In this document: positions 1 to 9,775 of the stretch, in pieces
Numbering within the stretch: the first letter of the stretch is position 1
Layout of the letters: each line of letters starts with the position of its first letter
Source of the DNA: an uncultured archaeon
GTDB taxonomy: Archaea > Asgardarchaeota > Thorarchaeia > Thorarchaeales > Thorarchaeaceae
Length of the DNA stretch: 43,985 nucleotides
Assembly (NCBI GenBank): GCA_964458565.1
Contig: CAYWJO010000014.1
Span: forward strand, 32,256-76,240
Direction: 5' to 3'
Made by a program: the position numbers and the translations under genes
Notes under the pieces: model-generated
What the model was told of the DNA's origin: nothing
Databases searched by the model: none
The model's input: the letters and a program-made list of their open reading frames with translations, nothing else

Positions 1-223
1 GAAGGAGTAGATATGGAGGACTCCTGCGAATATTTTTTGCTGTAATGTAATCTCAGATTATCGTGAAAAATTGAAGAAACACATATGGAGAACGGGTTAG
101 ATTGGTATCTAACTGAATCTCCATACGATCCTTCATGTTGTGCAGCATACAGTCCTTCCAACAGCTGTATCTAGATTTTATTCGTTCTGAATTATAATAA
201 ACATTAGTTGTGCAGATGATTGA

Positions 224-1441
224 TTACAAGATCTCCAAAATTCCTTTTCTCAGAGTGTCCAAGGCTGTGATTTCAAGTGCATTCACCTCAACCAACCCTC
301 TTTGAACATAGGGTATGAATTTCAAGAAATCCTTCACCTCGTCTCTAGCTGCTTCATCAATTAAAGCAGGAATACGTTCGGATATTCTCCGTACATCATC
401 CAACGCATCAAGACCATGGGTTTCGAGTTTCTCATTTACTGACCACTGAATCTCACGTATTTCTCTGAGTGCTGGATAATCCTCAGGTAGAAGTCCGTTG
501 GCAATTCCTCGCCATACTTCAACAATCTCTGCATACTGTTCAGATACATTGAGTATTGTGTCGTTTTGAAGAAGCTCTCCTGCTTCTGCAAGGAAATCAG
601 TATAGATTTGTCTGAAGATGGCTCCACCAGATCCACCTGTTTCAATGTAGATGTAGTGCATCATGAGTGCATGAGCGAGGTTATTTGGTTCAGGAATAAT
701 GTGAGGATATTTGCTAAGTTCCCTACTCCACTTCAAGACTCCTTTGAGACCAGCATTTGATATTGGTGGATTTAGCAAAGCATCGATGTTCTCTCTTATC
801 GCACCAGGTATTATGGTTTCAAGCGGTGTAAGTTTCTCAGGAAATGAAAAGCGAACCATCTGATTCATTGCTGGAAATGGGGGATATGTAGATGCTCTTG
901 CTTTTTGTAATTTAGTGAGCTCCATTGTAGAAGTGCCATGGAACCTGTCCGATATGTAGGCTAGATTATCAGGTTCATCAATCCCGTAAATAAGAAAATT
1001 ATGCTCCCCAAAATGATCATCTTCTCCTGTCAACAAATGGTCAAGATAAGCCATATCTACACACACAAGGGCAGGTTGATCCGTTCGCAATGTGTCTTTC
1101 AAGTAAAAGTGAGCTTTCTTCACACTCTTTGTCAATATCGAATCAAAGTTACCACCCAATCTAATGGCAGCCTTTCCTAAAATACCAGGGAATTTTCGAC
1201 AGTCACTTCGATTCATTCCACCTATCACTGGATACGTCATCATCTTCATGAACCAATAGATAAAACCCAGTCCCGAAGAAATTCCCACAAGCATGGGCTC
1301 ACTAATCTCATATCCCATATGAGCCATCAGACGGATCATAGAACTCGTCTGACAATTCTTCCCATCTCCGAAATGTTTGAAATTTAGGATTATTCTATCG
1401 TTTTCAATTCCTGCAGGTTTGAAATCTGTCATATATATCAC
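224..1441 (-). CDS. BtrH N-terminal / DUF4872 family protein (papain/C39-like fold)
   Basis: Motifs NCQTSS, ISEPMLVGISSGLGFIYW, VDMAYLDHL, GEHNFLIYGID, ISDR and IETGGSGGAIFRQIY match the BtrH-like family. It abuts the PadR gene. Confidence 0.8.
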   Translation of the reverse strand: MIYMTDFKPAGIENDRIILNFKHFGDGKNCQTSSMIRLMAHMGYEISEPMLVGISSGLGFIYWFMKMMTYPVIGGMNRSDCRKFPGILGKAAIRLGGNFDSILTKSVKKAHFYLKDTLRTDQPALVCVDMAYLDHLLTGEDDHFGEHNFLIYGIDEPDNLAYISDRFHGTSTMELTKLQKARASTYPPFPAMNQMVRFSFPEKLTPLETIIPGAIRENIDALLNPPISNAGLKGVLKWSRELSKYPHIIPEPNNLAHALMMHYIYIETGGSGGAIFRQIYTDFLAEAGELLQNDTILNVSEQYAEIVEVWRGIANGLLPEDYPALREIREIQWSVNEKLETHGLDALDDVRRISERIPALIDEAARDEVKDFLKFIPYVQRGLVEVNALEITALDTLRKGILEIL

Positions 1442-2044
1442 TCACTTTGTAAATCCATAACCGGCGTCGTTTTCTTCTATCTCAGATATTATTCTCTGAA
1501 GCCATTTTTTCTCAGATTTTACTCTTACATATGGTCGCTCGAAAAGTGCCTGAACTATGGCGAGAACTGATTTTCCATTCTGAGAAGTTGATTGAATCTG
1601 CCGAGCTCTTTTCAATTCGTCAATTTTACTCTTGAAGAATTTTAGCCGTTCAGCTAGATGGGAATCGTAATCCTGTAGTGCATCAAGTGCCATGTCACGA
1701 GATAGAAGAGAAATTGCTGACAACCCGAGATCAAACATACTCTTAGCGTGAGGGGGATTGCTCAGGCACATAGTAATTTGCGTTTGAAGCGTGGATCTTC
1801 CTTTGTTTGTCAATGAATATGTTTTTCGCGAGGGTTGGGAACTTTCGTCGCTTTTCGCTCCAAAGATAAGAGCATCGGCTTCGAGACGATTTAATGCTTT
1901 ATATATTGAGGAGAACTTGATATCGACCCAGTTCCTATAACCACGTTCTTCCATAATTTGATTTATCTCATATCCATATTTCGCTCCAGATCCGAGTAGT
2001 GTAAGAACTGCGAGATATGTTGGAGGAAGTAAATCCTTACCCAT
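1442..2044 (-). CDS. PadR family transcriptional regulator
   Basis: YGYEINQ...SSIYKALNRLE...RKTYSLTNKGR wHTH signature followed by a C-terminal helical dimerisation region. Confidence 0.92.
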   Translation of the reverse strand: MGKDLLPPTYLAVLTLLGSGAKYGYEINQIMEERGYRNWVDIKFSSIYKALNRLEADALIFGAKSDESSQPSRKTYSLTNKGRSTLQTQITMCLSNPPHAKSMFDLGLSAISLLSRDMALDALQDYDSHLAERLKFFKSKIDELKRARQIQSTSQNGKSVLAIVQALFERPYVRVKSEKKWLQRIISEIEENDAGYGFTK

Positions 2045-2063
2045 TTTTCAACCTCGGTAATTC

Positions 2064-2101
2064 CTATTATACTAGTATAATAGTATTCTACTAGTATAAT
2101 A
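2064..2101. promoter_or_regulatory. Tandem palindromic operator, probably the PadR autoregulatory site
   Basis: Perfect 20-bp palindrome CTATTATACTAGTATAATAG (2064-2083), then a near copy TATTCTACTAGTATAATA (2084-2101). It begins 20 bp upstream of the PadR start. Confidence 0.75.
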
Positions 2102-2206
2102 ATATCATTAAAAATATAGCGGTTTTTACATGAATAAGAAAAAGTGACCCTTAATAAGGGGAATCACATCGCTAGGCTAAATAATTTAGTAAGATGGTGT
2201 AATCTG

Positions 2207-2968
2207 ATGGCGATCTACAAGAAGCATTTCGCAGCGATACTCCTCTTCATTGCAGGAGTGTATTTGATATTACCATCTATCGTTCTTGCAGCACCAGCCC
2301 CTGAAAATCCAGATGAACCCATTGCAGCAGGTAACGGATTATCTTGGGGAGTCACTAATGGTACAATATTAGATTACATCCTAACGGCAGAAATTACCAT
2401 CCCTAATGTGACCTATTACGTGAATAAACCAATTTTCATGACCCTCAATTACTTAGGACCAATCCCGGATTCATTCTTTTATATTCCATCTCCATCGTTT
2501 GACACCTATTGGGCAGAAAATGGATCAGCTCTTTACCTAGGAGACTTCTTTGTGGTAGGCACAACTGTCCACTCGGTGTATAATCCAGCAATACCTATAG
2601 GAAATTGGACACTCCTAACAGTATACACTCAATCCTCGATGATTGAAGGAGTATATGAGAATGTAACCCTCGATTTCATAGACAATTCCTTAGAATGGGG
2701 ATATCGTTACTCCTACTATTATTTCGGATACTTCATCGAGAGTGAAACAATATGGTTCAAATCAGATGGTTCGTTGGAATCTGTTCACCTTGAGGTTTCT
2801 CTTAATGAGCAACTAATTTACACAGTAACCCTTGCTCGAGTGACAGGTATAGATCCAATAATCCTTATTTCAATCGCAGGTGTATCAATATTCGGAATAG
2901 CCACGGTTGTACTTGCCTACCAATATATTCGAGATAGAAAGGAATCAACTACCAGTGCGACCCTCTAG
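2207..2968 (+). CDS. Secreted/surface protein with signal peptide and C-terminal TM anchor
   Basis: Likely start is ATG 2207 (MAIYKKH followed by a hydrophobic stretch); the ORF track opens at 2144. Many N-x-S/T sequons; C-terminal TM plus basic tail. Confidence 0.7.
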   Translation: MAIYKKHFAAILLFIAGVYLILPSIVLAAPAPENPDEPIAAGNGLSWGVTNGTILDYILTAEITIPNVTYYVNKPIFMTLNYLGPIPDSFFYIPSPSFDTYWAENGSALYLGDFFVVGTTVHSVYNPAIPIGNWTLLTVYTQSSMIEGVYENVTLDFIDNSLEWGYRYSYYYFGYFIESETIWFKSDGSLESVHLEVSLNEQLIYTVTLARVTGIDPIILISIAGVSIFGIATVVLAYQYIRDRKESTTSATL

Positions 2969-4147
2969 TTTCATCATTACGTCTTTCACATTAGCACGCA
3001 ACTCTGACAAACCGAACAGATCTACAACCTGCTCTGCTTCAATTAAATCTTCATGAAGTCGTTCATAAGTTGCCCAGAAAAGGTCTGAATCACTACTCAT
3101 TGAATCTAATAGTGGAAATTCCCTCTGTGTTCGCCATAATAGAGATCTCACATATTCACGAGCTGAGCTCTCGTCGAATTTATCTTGAATTCTTGATATT
3201 GGTTTCTGATCGGATGATGGTTTTACGGCAGTTTGCCGTTCTTTTTCTTTTCGTTTGTAGTACTCTATTGCTTCCTTCTCGGCCTTGCGAATTCTATGTT
3301 CAGATACCCTCTCTTCGAATGTTACAAAACCAAAGCCCCAGATAATCAGAACAAGAGTTCCTATACCAACAACTAGGGAGAGAATCCCAATAATGAGAGG
3401 GGGTAATAGAAGTACTAAGCTCAGAATCATATCGAAGGGTGAGAAGTAGAGGACAACAGCTGCAGGTGTGAATATCGCCACGAGCGTAATAATCTGCCAG
3501 CGTTCTTCATATGTGATACCACCAATACCCTTTTTGTAAAGCAATCCAGAGAATCTAGTGACTGATAGAATAGTGACAACTGCTGTCATCAAGCTGAATG
3601 TATTTGATAGAACACCCAATAAAACTATCACGATCATTTGTAGAGAAAACATCATCACAGCGATTGAGGTCAACCTGTAATTACGGAAGAAATATGCAGA
3701 TATTCCTACTATCAATAGCATGAACAATCCTATAATTGTGTAGAAGGACAATCCGGACAGAGAACTCATTGTCGGGAATAGAATCAAACTAAAGATTGTG
3801 TCAGGTATTGCTGAACTAAATAGAATCATCGCAATACCGAAAAAAATCACGACTGTGAAAGGGCATTTATTTTGGTCATAGAGCCCAAACGTCACAGCTC
3901 CAAGAATATAGCCCATTACAATCCAGCCTCCACCTGAGAAATAGATGTCTATTGGGCCTTCCAGAAATAGATGGAAATCGAAAACTAAAAGACCAACAAG
4001 AATGATGGTTTCACCTAAAATTACTGCCATCATGAAAAAGAAGCATCCGAAGCATTCCTGATCATTATTCTTGATGACTGCGATAGTCAGAGCTCCAAAG
4101 ATGACACCAATTAGAAATGCTATAGAATACACAATTGCAAAAACCAT
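2945..4147 (-). CDS. Multi-pass membrane protein with a soluble helical C-terminus
   Basis: About 9 hydrophobic segments followed by about 120 charged, helical residues. Confidence 0.7.
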   Translation of the reverse strand: MVFAIVYSIAFLIGVIFGALTIAVIKNNDQECFGCFFFMMAVILGETIILVGLLVFDFHLFLEGPIDIYFSGGGWIVMGYILGAVTFGLYDQNKCPFTVVIFFGIAMILFSSAIPDTIFSLILFPTMSSLSGLSFYTIIGLFMLLIVGISAYFFRNYRLTSIAVMMFSLQMIVIVLLGVLSNTFSLMTAVVTILSVTRFSGLLYKKGIGGITYEERWQIITLVAIFTPAAVVLYFSPFDMILSLVLLLPPLIIGILSLVVGIGTLVLIIWGFGFVTFEERVSEHRIRKAEKEAIEYYKRKEKERQTAVKPSSDQKPISRIQDKFDESSAREYVRSLLWRTQREFPLLDSMSSDSDLFWATYERLHEDLIEAEQVVDLFGLSELRANVKDVMMKLEGRTGS

Positions 4148-4304
4148 CTTCTATCCCTGTCAGATGAATGTGAATACTTCGTAAGATAAAAGTGATAGGG
4201 CAGTAAAATAGGTGTCAATTCATTAACGAAATAAATTGCTAATAGGACAACCTTTTTCTCCTAATTTGTGAGGGTCACAACTGAAAATAAGCACCGGAGA
4301 ATGC

Positions 4305-4943
4305 TTGAATAGAATGATAAACTCGACTTCTGATATTGAAGGTCTTCTTGGGCAAGCAGACAATTTCATGAAAAACCACCGATACGAAGAAGCCATTGAA
4401 ACCTTAGAGAAGAGTTTGTTTATCGATCCCAGAAATAAAATCGCACTAGAACACGTTGTGGTTTGTAACTTAGAATTGAAGCAACCAAAAAAGGCGATAC
4501 AAGCATTGACTCAATTGATTGGTGTAGAACCTAATTGCCATAGATTCTGGGGGGATAAGGGATACCTCCATTTGTTATTGAATGAGATACCAGAAGGAAT
4601 TGGAGCACTGAAAGAAAGTCTGAAAATTGATTCTAGAAATGCTTACAATTGGGAATTATTAGGCGCAGCATATATGGCACATGATGAATGGATATATGCA
4701 CTGGATGCCTTACTCTCAGGAATTAATCTCAATCCGAATTCAGCTATGGCTTGGTATAATGCAGCAATCTGTTTCTTCATGTTAGATAGATACTCTGAGG
4801 CAGTTGAAGCTGCGGAATATTCATTCTCAATAGATCCTATGCTTGAAGAAATGGCATCGGACTGGATTGAGGTTATTCAAGAGGCTGTCTTATTTGGAGA
4901 CAGTTACGACGATGTCGAATTTGATGACCTAGTTGCAGGATAG
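4305..4943 (+). CDS. Tetratricopeptide repeat protein
   Basis: About 5 TPR units (YEEAIETLEKSLFIDPRN, ALKESLKIDSRNAYNW, LNPNSAMAWYNAA) and an acidic tail. Confidence 0.88.
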   Translation: MNRMINSTSDIEGLLGQADNFMKNHRYEEAIETLEKSLFIDPRNKIALEHVVVCNLELKQPKKAIQALTQLIGVEPNCHRFWGDKGYLHLLLNEIPEGIGALKESLKIDSRNAYNWELLGAAYMAHDEWIYALDALLSGINLNPNSAMAWYNAAICFFMLDRYSEAVEAAEYSFSIDPMLEEMASDWIEVIQEAVLFGDSYDDVEFDDLVAG

Positions 4944-4954
4944 TTCTTGCTTCC

Positions 4955-6856
4955 TCAATCCGGACTATATGATAATGAACTGACTAACTCAAGTGCTTTT
5001 TCTACTTGGGGTATCAAAGCTTTGATTTTATGCTTATTTGCAGTTTCGAGAGCTTGCTGTAATGCTTCAATCATCTTCTCATGCTCTGTTCCCCAATCTG
5101 ATGCATTATCGATATTGGAGAGGTCATTTAATTTCTTAGGAAGTATCTTCAGCATACTTTGTATAGCAGTCTGAGCCTCTTGAGGTTCCAAAATAACTTC
5201 ATCAATCTCGCTATCAGAAGCTGTAAGAATTCTATCAATCTGATTTAGAAGCTTTTGAAACTCCTCCAAAGATTGCTGAAGAATCTCAGTCACTTCCTCA
5301 TCTGTTTCAGAACCACTTATTCTTCTGGTAAGATCCTCGATTGTTGTTTGAAGGAATTGTTTTCTATCATCAAGATTTGTCCGTCGTCTTTCTAACCATC
5401 TCCATTCACTCATAATGCTACTAGATAGAGCATATGCCTCGTTGATTCGCTCCCTATACTTCTCAAATTCATCCTTGGTCGTTTGATATTCGGAATCAAG
5501 GGAATCACAGATTTCGCTAAGCTGATAACTCAATATGTTATCAGCCTGAGCCTCAGATAATACACGACCTTCTCGCAATGCTCTGGCAACTTCAGACCAG
5601 AGTTTTTCAATTTCACGTTCGTCTTGCTCAGCACGACCAGTAGTTTCTAGCTCAGTTTTGAGGTCAGATATCGATGATGCGAGTCCCTGAACTTCCTCTA
5701 TCTTAGATCGCAAAAGTGCTTTGCCAAGTCGCGAGTTTAGCTCTGTTGTCAGTTTTTCCCGTTCAGAAGGAACCTCGAGAAGAGTATGTCCATTATCAAT
5801 CAATTTTTGTAGGGCATTCTCATATTCCGTTACTGCTTTATGATATTCACCCGTTTTAAGAAATGAATCCCCTTTATTTTGAAGTTCAAGAATCATTTCA
5901 AGAATATCATACGGTGATGTACTTAACACACCTAATTCATATAGACCCTCTTTATCACTTGAGAGATCAAGCGCGTGACCTTCGAATTGAATCTGTATTG
6001 CTAGTACTCCGGTAGGTGATGCGACATAGATAAAATCATGATCGACGACAATCCAATCAATTCTAACATCGTCTAATAACACATACCCGATTATGGAACC
6101 ACGTTTTATGTCCCAGATAATGATATTCTCGGAATCATATGCTACAATCGCAAACAGACGATTTGCCCACAAAGTAACGATATTCCCAGTTTCGTTCGGG
6201 ATTAAATTCCTAATACTTGTCCATTCAAACCGATCCCATAAACGCACTTCCCCAGTGCTTAATCCTACAAGAATATATGATTCATTTCCGAATACCTTTA
6301 CACCCCGTTCTTTTGATGATAGTTTTATGATTTCAATTGGAGCTTTTCCAACTGAGAGCGACCAAACTTTTACATCGTCTTTCCTCGCCACCGTACAAAT
6401 GACCTCACCATCTCTCCATAGTGAGATTATATCTGTCTTATAGAGTTGCCATGAAGAAGTCTCATGGCTATCTTTCGTAATTGAGAGCAAACGACCATCC
6501 TTAGCACCAACATAAATGAAGTTATCATAAAGAATCGAAGTAACAGCTTGATAGCCCAATTCAAACCATCCTATCATTCCCCAAGTGCCCTTCTTCCATA
6601 CATAGACACGTTTTTCGCAAGTTGCATAGACTTGTGCATCATCAACTTGGACTCTAAGAGGGGAAGTAGTTGTTTCTCCTAATACTGCTTCAAGCTTCCA
6701 ATCGCGTTTCGACCAAACACGTACACGATTATCTCTACATCCTATATATACAAAATGTTCATCATGACAAAGATGGATGGCATCAGCTTCAAGCGTAGCA
6801 ACTTCTTCGTGTTTTAACTCCTGAACCTCATCCGGACTCCCAATTGAGTTACTCAT
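4955..6856 (-). CDS. WD40-like beta-propeller fused to a TPR/MIT-like helical bundle and coiled coil
   Basis: N-terminal repeats (YIGCRDNRVRVWS, YVGAKDGRL, VGLSTGEVRLWD, NIIIWD), then KGDSFLKTGEYHKAVTEYENALQKL and about 280 aa of heptad-rich helix. Confidence 0.75.
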   Translation of the reverse strand: MSNSIGSPDEVQELKHEEVATLEADAIHLCHDEHFVYIGCRDNRVRVWSKRDWKLEAVLGETTTSPLRVQVDDAQVYATCEKRVYVWKKGTWGMIGWFELGYQAVTSILYDNFIYVGAKDGRLLSITKDSHETSSWQLYKTDIISLWRDGEVICTVARKDDVKVWSLSVGKAPIEIIKLSSKERGVKVFGNESYILVGLSTGEVRLWDRFEWTSIRNLIPNETGNIVTLWANRLFAIVAYDSENIIIWDIKRGSIIGYVLLDDVRIDWIVVDHDFIYVASPTGVLAIQIQFEGHALDLSSDKEGLYELGVLSTSPYDILEMILELQNKGDSFLKTGEYHKAVTEYENALQKLIDNGHTLLEVPSEREKLTTELNSRLGKALLRSKIEEVQGLASSISDLKTELETTGRAEQDEREIEKLWSEVARALREGRVLSEAQADNILSYQLSEICDSLDSEYQTTKDEFEKYRERINEAYALSSSIMSEWRWLERRRTNLDDRKQFLQTTIEDLTRRISGSETDEEVTEILQQSLEEFQKLLNQIDRILTASDSEIDEVILEPQEAQTAIQSMLKILPKKLNDLSNIDNASDWGTEHEKMIEALQQALETANKHKIKALIPQVEKALELVSSLSYSPD

Positions 6857-7069
6857 GATTCGCGCCCATCCATAATTACTTCAGCAAAGGTTGTTAATTT
6901 GCTTTATGTGATTTTCGCAAACAGTAAGATTTGATAAAAAATCTTGTTAGAAACGTCTTTTTAAGGTAAAAAACTACCATTCGGACAGATTATTCCTTAA
7001 AAGGATATAATCAGAACAGACTTTAATACCATGAGATAATCTGCTTTGTATAGATAAGGAGGCCACCTA

Positions 7070-9757
7070 TTGGACAGTCATGAATGGAGACGCGAGATAG
7101 ACAAACTCGCAGAACTGAAAGGGATCCTAGTATCACTTAATCCAAAGCTTGATGAACAAACAAGTCGCCAGATGCGACAACTTTTGGATCTTTTCGCGAA
7201 AATAACCAAACTTGAGAGCGATATTGAGAGTTCTGGTTTTCTGAAGAAGAGAAAGATTCAGACTCAGTTCGAAAAGGCGTCTAGTGATTTTGAAGAGGAT
7301 TTTATGCGTTTAACACGGGATTTTGCTGAAACGATTAGGAAAGAACATAAAGAGGTCGCAAATGTACTACCACGTTTAGAATCAGTAAAACCACAACAAG
7401 TTAAGGCAATATCACAGCTTGGTTTTCCATCCATTAGCTCTGGTGATATTAGAGACCTCACTGCACTTCATGGCTTTGCAAAGGACTTCGCATCACAGTA
7501 CTTATCCCTCCATCAAGAATATGCAAGAGAAGTTAAGACAGCCTTGGATGAGAATAAAGGAACTGTAGAAACCTACGAAAAGCATGTGACAATTGATAGA
7601 GGGGAAGTAACTACAACTGTATCAAATGACGATGTCATTGCACTTCCGATGTCAGAACTTCATGCGATGATGGAGAAACTCAAAGCAGAGAAGACATACC
7701 TCGATGGTAGAAAGGATGAAGTGAGCCGCATGTTAGGAACATCACTAATGAGTGATGTCGAGGGTTTGCAAGCCTACGTCGAAACTGCTGCTAGATTGGG
7801 TCTTGACCTACCAATGGATTTCTCTCAGAAGTTACGAATTCTTGCACGAGATGCATCTAAAGCCACAAACCTGACAACACTTGTTAGTCTTGAAAGTCAA
7901 TTAGATGCCTCACGTCAACAGATGACTGATATGCTGCGTGATAGAATCATTAACATTAAGCATGAAGTAACCACAAAGATTGTTGATGGCGGAATCCCAA
8001 CAACAGCAGATGTGATACCTCCAGCTCCCACCGTAGGTGTAGAAGGTGTAGATATTGCAAGTCTGTTATCATCATATCAGACGATTGTTGAATGGAAAGG
8101 TCAGGTGAAGATCGCATTAAAAGGAGAGATTGAAGAAGCTCTCGAAGAGATTGAAAAAGCAACGGACAAACCCGAAGAGTCTGGTATCAAAGATGTTATA
8201 GATGTCAGAAAATTCATTGCCGATTCTAAAAAGGAATTGAAAGTTGCGGATATCGATGAAATGGTTAAGATTCATCTTAAAGTTAAATCAATGGCCGAGG
8301 AATACAAGAAACACATTACTGACTTAATTCGAGAGTACCTAGCGAGATTCAATGAATTAGCTACATCAGCAGATCGTGTTTTAGATTATGCGCAATTGAG
8401 TAAGAAAGCACCAAAAGTAGAAGAACTCGAAGGTGGCATTGTTTACTTATTACAGTCTCTTGACAACCTGCAACAAGCCGTCGAAAGTGGCGTTGCTACG
8501 TTTCGCGATGCTTGTCAACAAGAAATCGAAGCAATAATAGGAGACCTTCAAACAATCAAACCTGTTTATGCTGAAATCTTCATGCCCATTATTGTCGAGT
8601 TGGAGCAAGGAGCCCAAGATATTGCAAAATTAAATGATTTTTCTGAAATCCGTTCAGAGATGCGTACAATCAAGGAAACCATCCTTGTAAAAGCTCGAGA
8701 TGCTTTGGAAAATCTACGCTACAGACTCGGGGTAAAAATTAGACTTGCTGCTGCTAAACTCATGGGAGCGGGATTTGAGATACCGATTGAAGTCCAGGAA
8801 GCAATCTCTGAATTAAACAGTGTTGGAGTGGCCTCAGACAATGTATTTGGGCTACCAGCAATTGCTCGGAAAATGGTTGAAATCTATGAGAAAAAGATTA
8901 GCGATAATATTGTCCAGTCGCTCATGGTCCAAGTTACCGACTTAAAAAGCTCCTTTGACAGAGCAAAGAGTATAGGCGTAGATGTTGAAGCTGAGTTGAA
9001 AGTTCTATCTAAAATTGAGAAGACACCTCCTGAAGAACTCGAAAATGCAGCTGATGCTTTTGACCAGATTGCAGGTCTAACAACATCTCAGTCAGTGCAT
9101 AAAAAAGTCAGAGAGAGAGCTGATGAAGCATATAATCAGATTAAAAATGCCGTCGCAATCTTCGAAGAACAAGGCATGTCAGAATTTGTTGCGAGATTGA
9201 AAACTCTACTAGAACAGGTTCCAGCTCAATTAGAAGCTGGAGATAAACACGTCAATCAGGCTCTCGAAGTATGTCTAACTCTTGCTAACATTCAGGAAGA
9301 AATGTTAGGAATGATGAAAGAAATCGCATCAAAGAAGGGAGAAGAACATGATGCACAAATCAAGGAGACAAGCAAATACTACTCAACCATTGAGAGGGTA
9401 TTTGAGAAACATCCTGATGATTTTGATAAACTAATCTATCCCCTCAAGGAGCTAAAAAAGGAGGAAGAAGCACTACAGAGTGCCACAATCCTTAACGAGG
9501 CTATTGATCACTTCAACAGAATTTCTGATCTTCGTGAGGGATGGATAGAGAAAGCCGAGAAAATGGATGACTGGCATAAATCTCTAAGAATGTTCCTTAC
9601 AGGATTTAGTGCATCTGCAAGTGCAGATGAGCGAGATAAGTTCTTAGACGAGCAGATAAAGAAAATCAAAGAAACCTATAGCCGTGCGGATATCAGTTCA
9701 TACCTCTCGTGGGCTATCAAGGAACTCGCTCAGGCGATGGTTGAGAAAAGAGGATAA
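7070..9757 (+). CDS. Large all-alpha helical-repeat/coiled-coil protein of unknown function
   Basis: 895-aa ORF with a TTG start and AAGGAGG RBS at 7056-7062. E/K/L/A-rich, with no TM segment or Walker A motif seen. Confidence 0.8.
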   Translation: MDSHEWRREIDKLAELKGILVSLNPKLDEQTSRQMRQLLDLFAKITKLESDIESSGFLKKRKIQTQFEKASSDFEEDFMRLTRDFAETIRKEHKEVANVLPRLESVKPQQVKAISQLGFPSISSGDIRDLTALHGFAKDFASQYLSLHQEYAREVKTALDENKGTVETYEKHVTIDRGEVTTTVSNDDVIALPMSELHAMMEKLKAEKTYLDGRKDEVSRMLGTSLMSDVEGLQAYVETAARLGLDLPMDFSQKLRILARDASKATNLTTLVSLESQLDASRQQMTDMLRDRIINIKHEVTTKIVDGGIPTTADVIPPAPTVGVEGVDIASLLSSYQTIVEWKGQVKIALKGEIEEALEEIEKATDKPEESGIKDVIDVRKFIADSKKELKVADIDEMVKIHLKVKSMAEEYKKHITDLIREYLARFNELATSADRVLDYAQLSKKAPKVEELEGGIVYLLQSLDNLQQAVESGVATFRDACQQEIEAIIGDLQTIKPVYAEIFMPIIVELEQGAQDIAKLNDFSEIRSEMRTIKETILVKARDALENLRYRLGVKIRLAAAKLMGAGFEIPIEVQEAISELNSVGVASDNVFGLPAIARKMVEIYEKKISDNIVQSLMVQVTDLKSSFDRAKSIGVDVEAELKVLSKIEKTPPEELENAADAFDQIAGLTTSQSVHKKVRERADEAYNQIKNAVAIFEEQGMSEFVARLKTLLEQVPAQLEAGDKHVNQALEVCLTLANIQEEMLGMMKEIASKKGEEHDAQIKETSKYYSTIERVFEKHPDDFDKLIYPLKELKKEEEALQSATILNEAIDHFNRISDLREGWIEKAEKMDDWHKSLRMFLTGFSASASADERDKFLDEQIKKIKETYSRADISSYLSWAIKELAQAMVEKRG

Positions 9758-9775
9758 AACAAGGAGCAAAAAAAT

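Noticed and set aside
7070-9757. SMC/Rad50 or dynamin-like ATPase/GTPase
   Set aside because: No Walker A/B, signature or hinge motif is visible.
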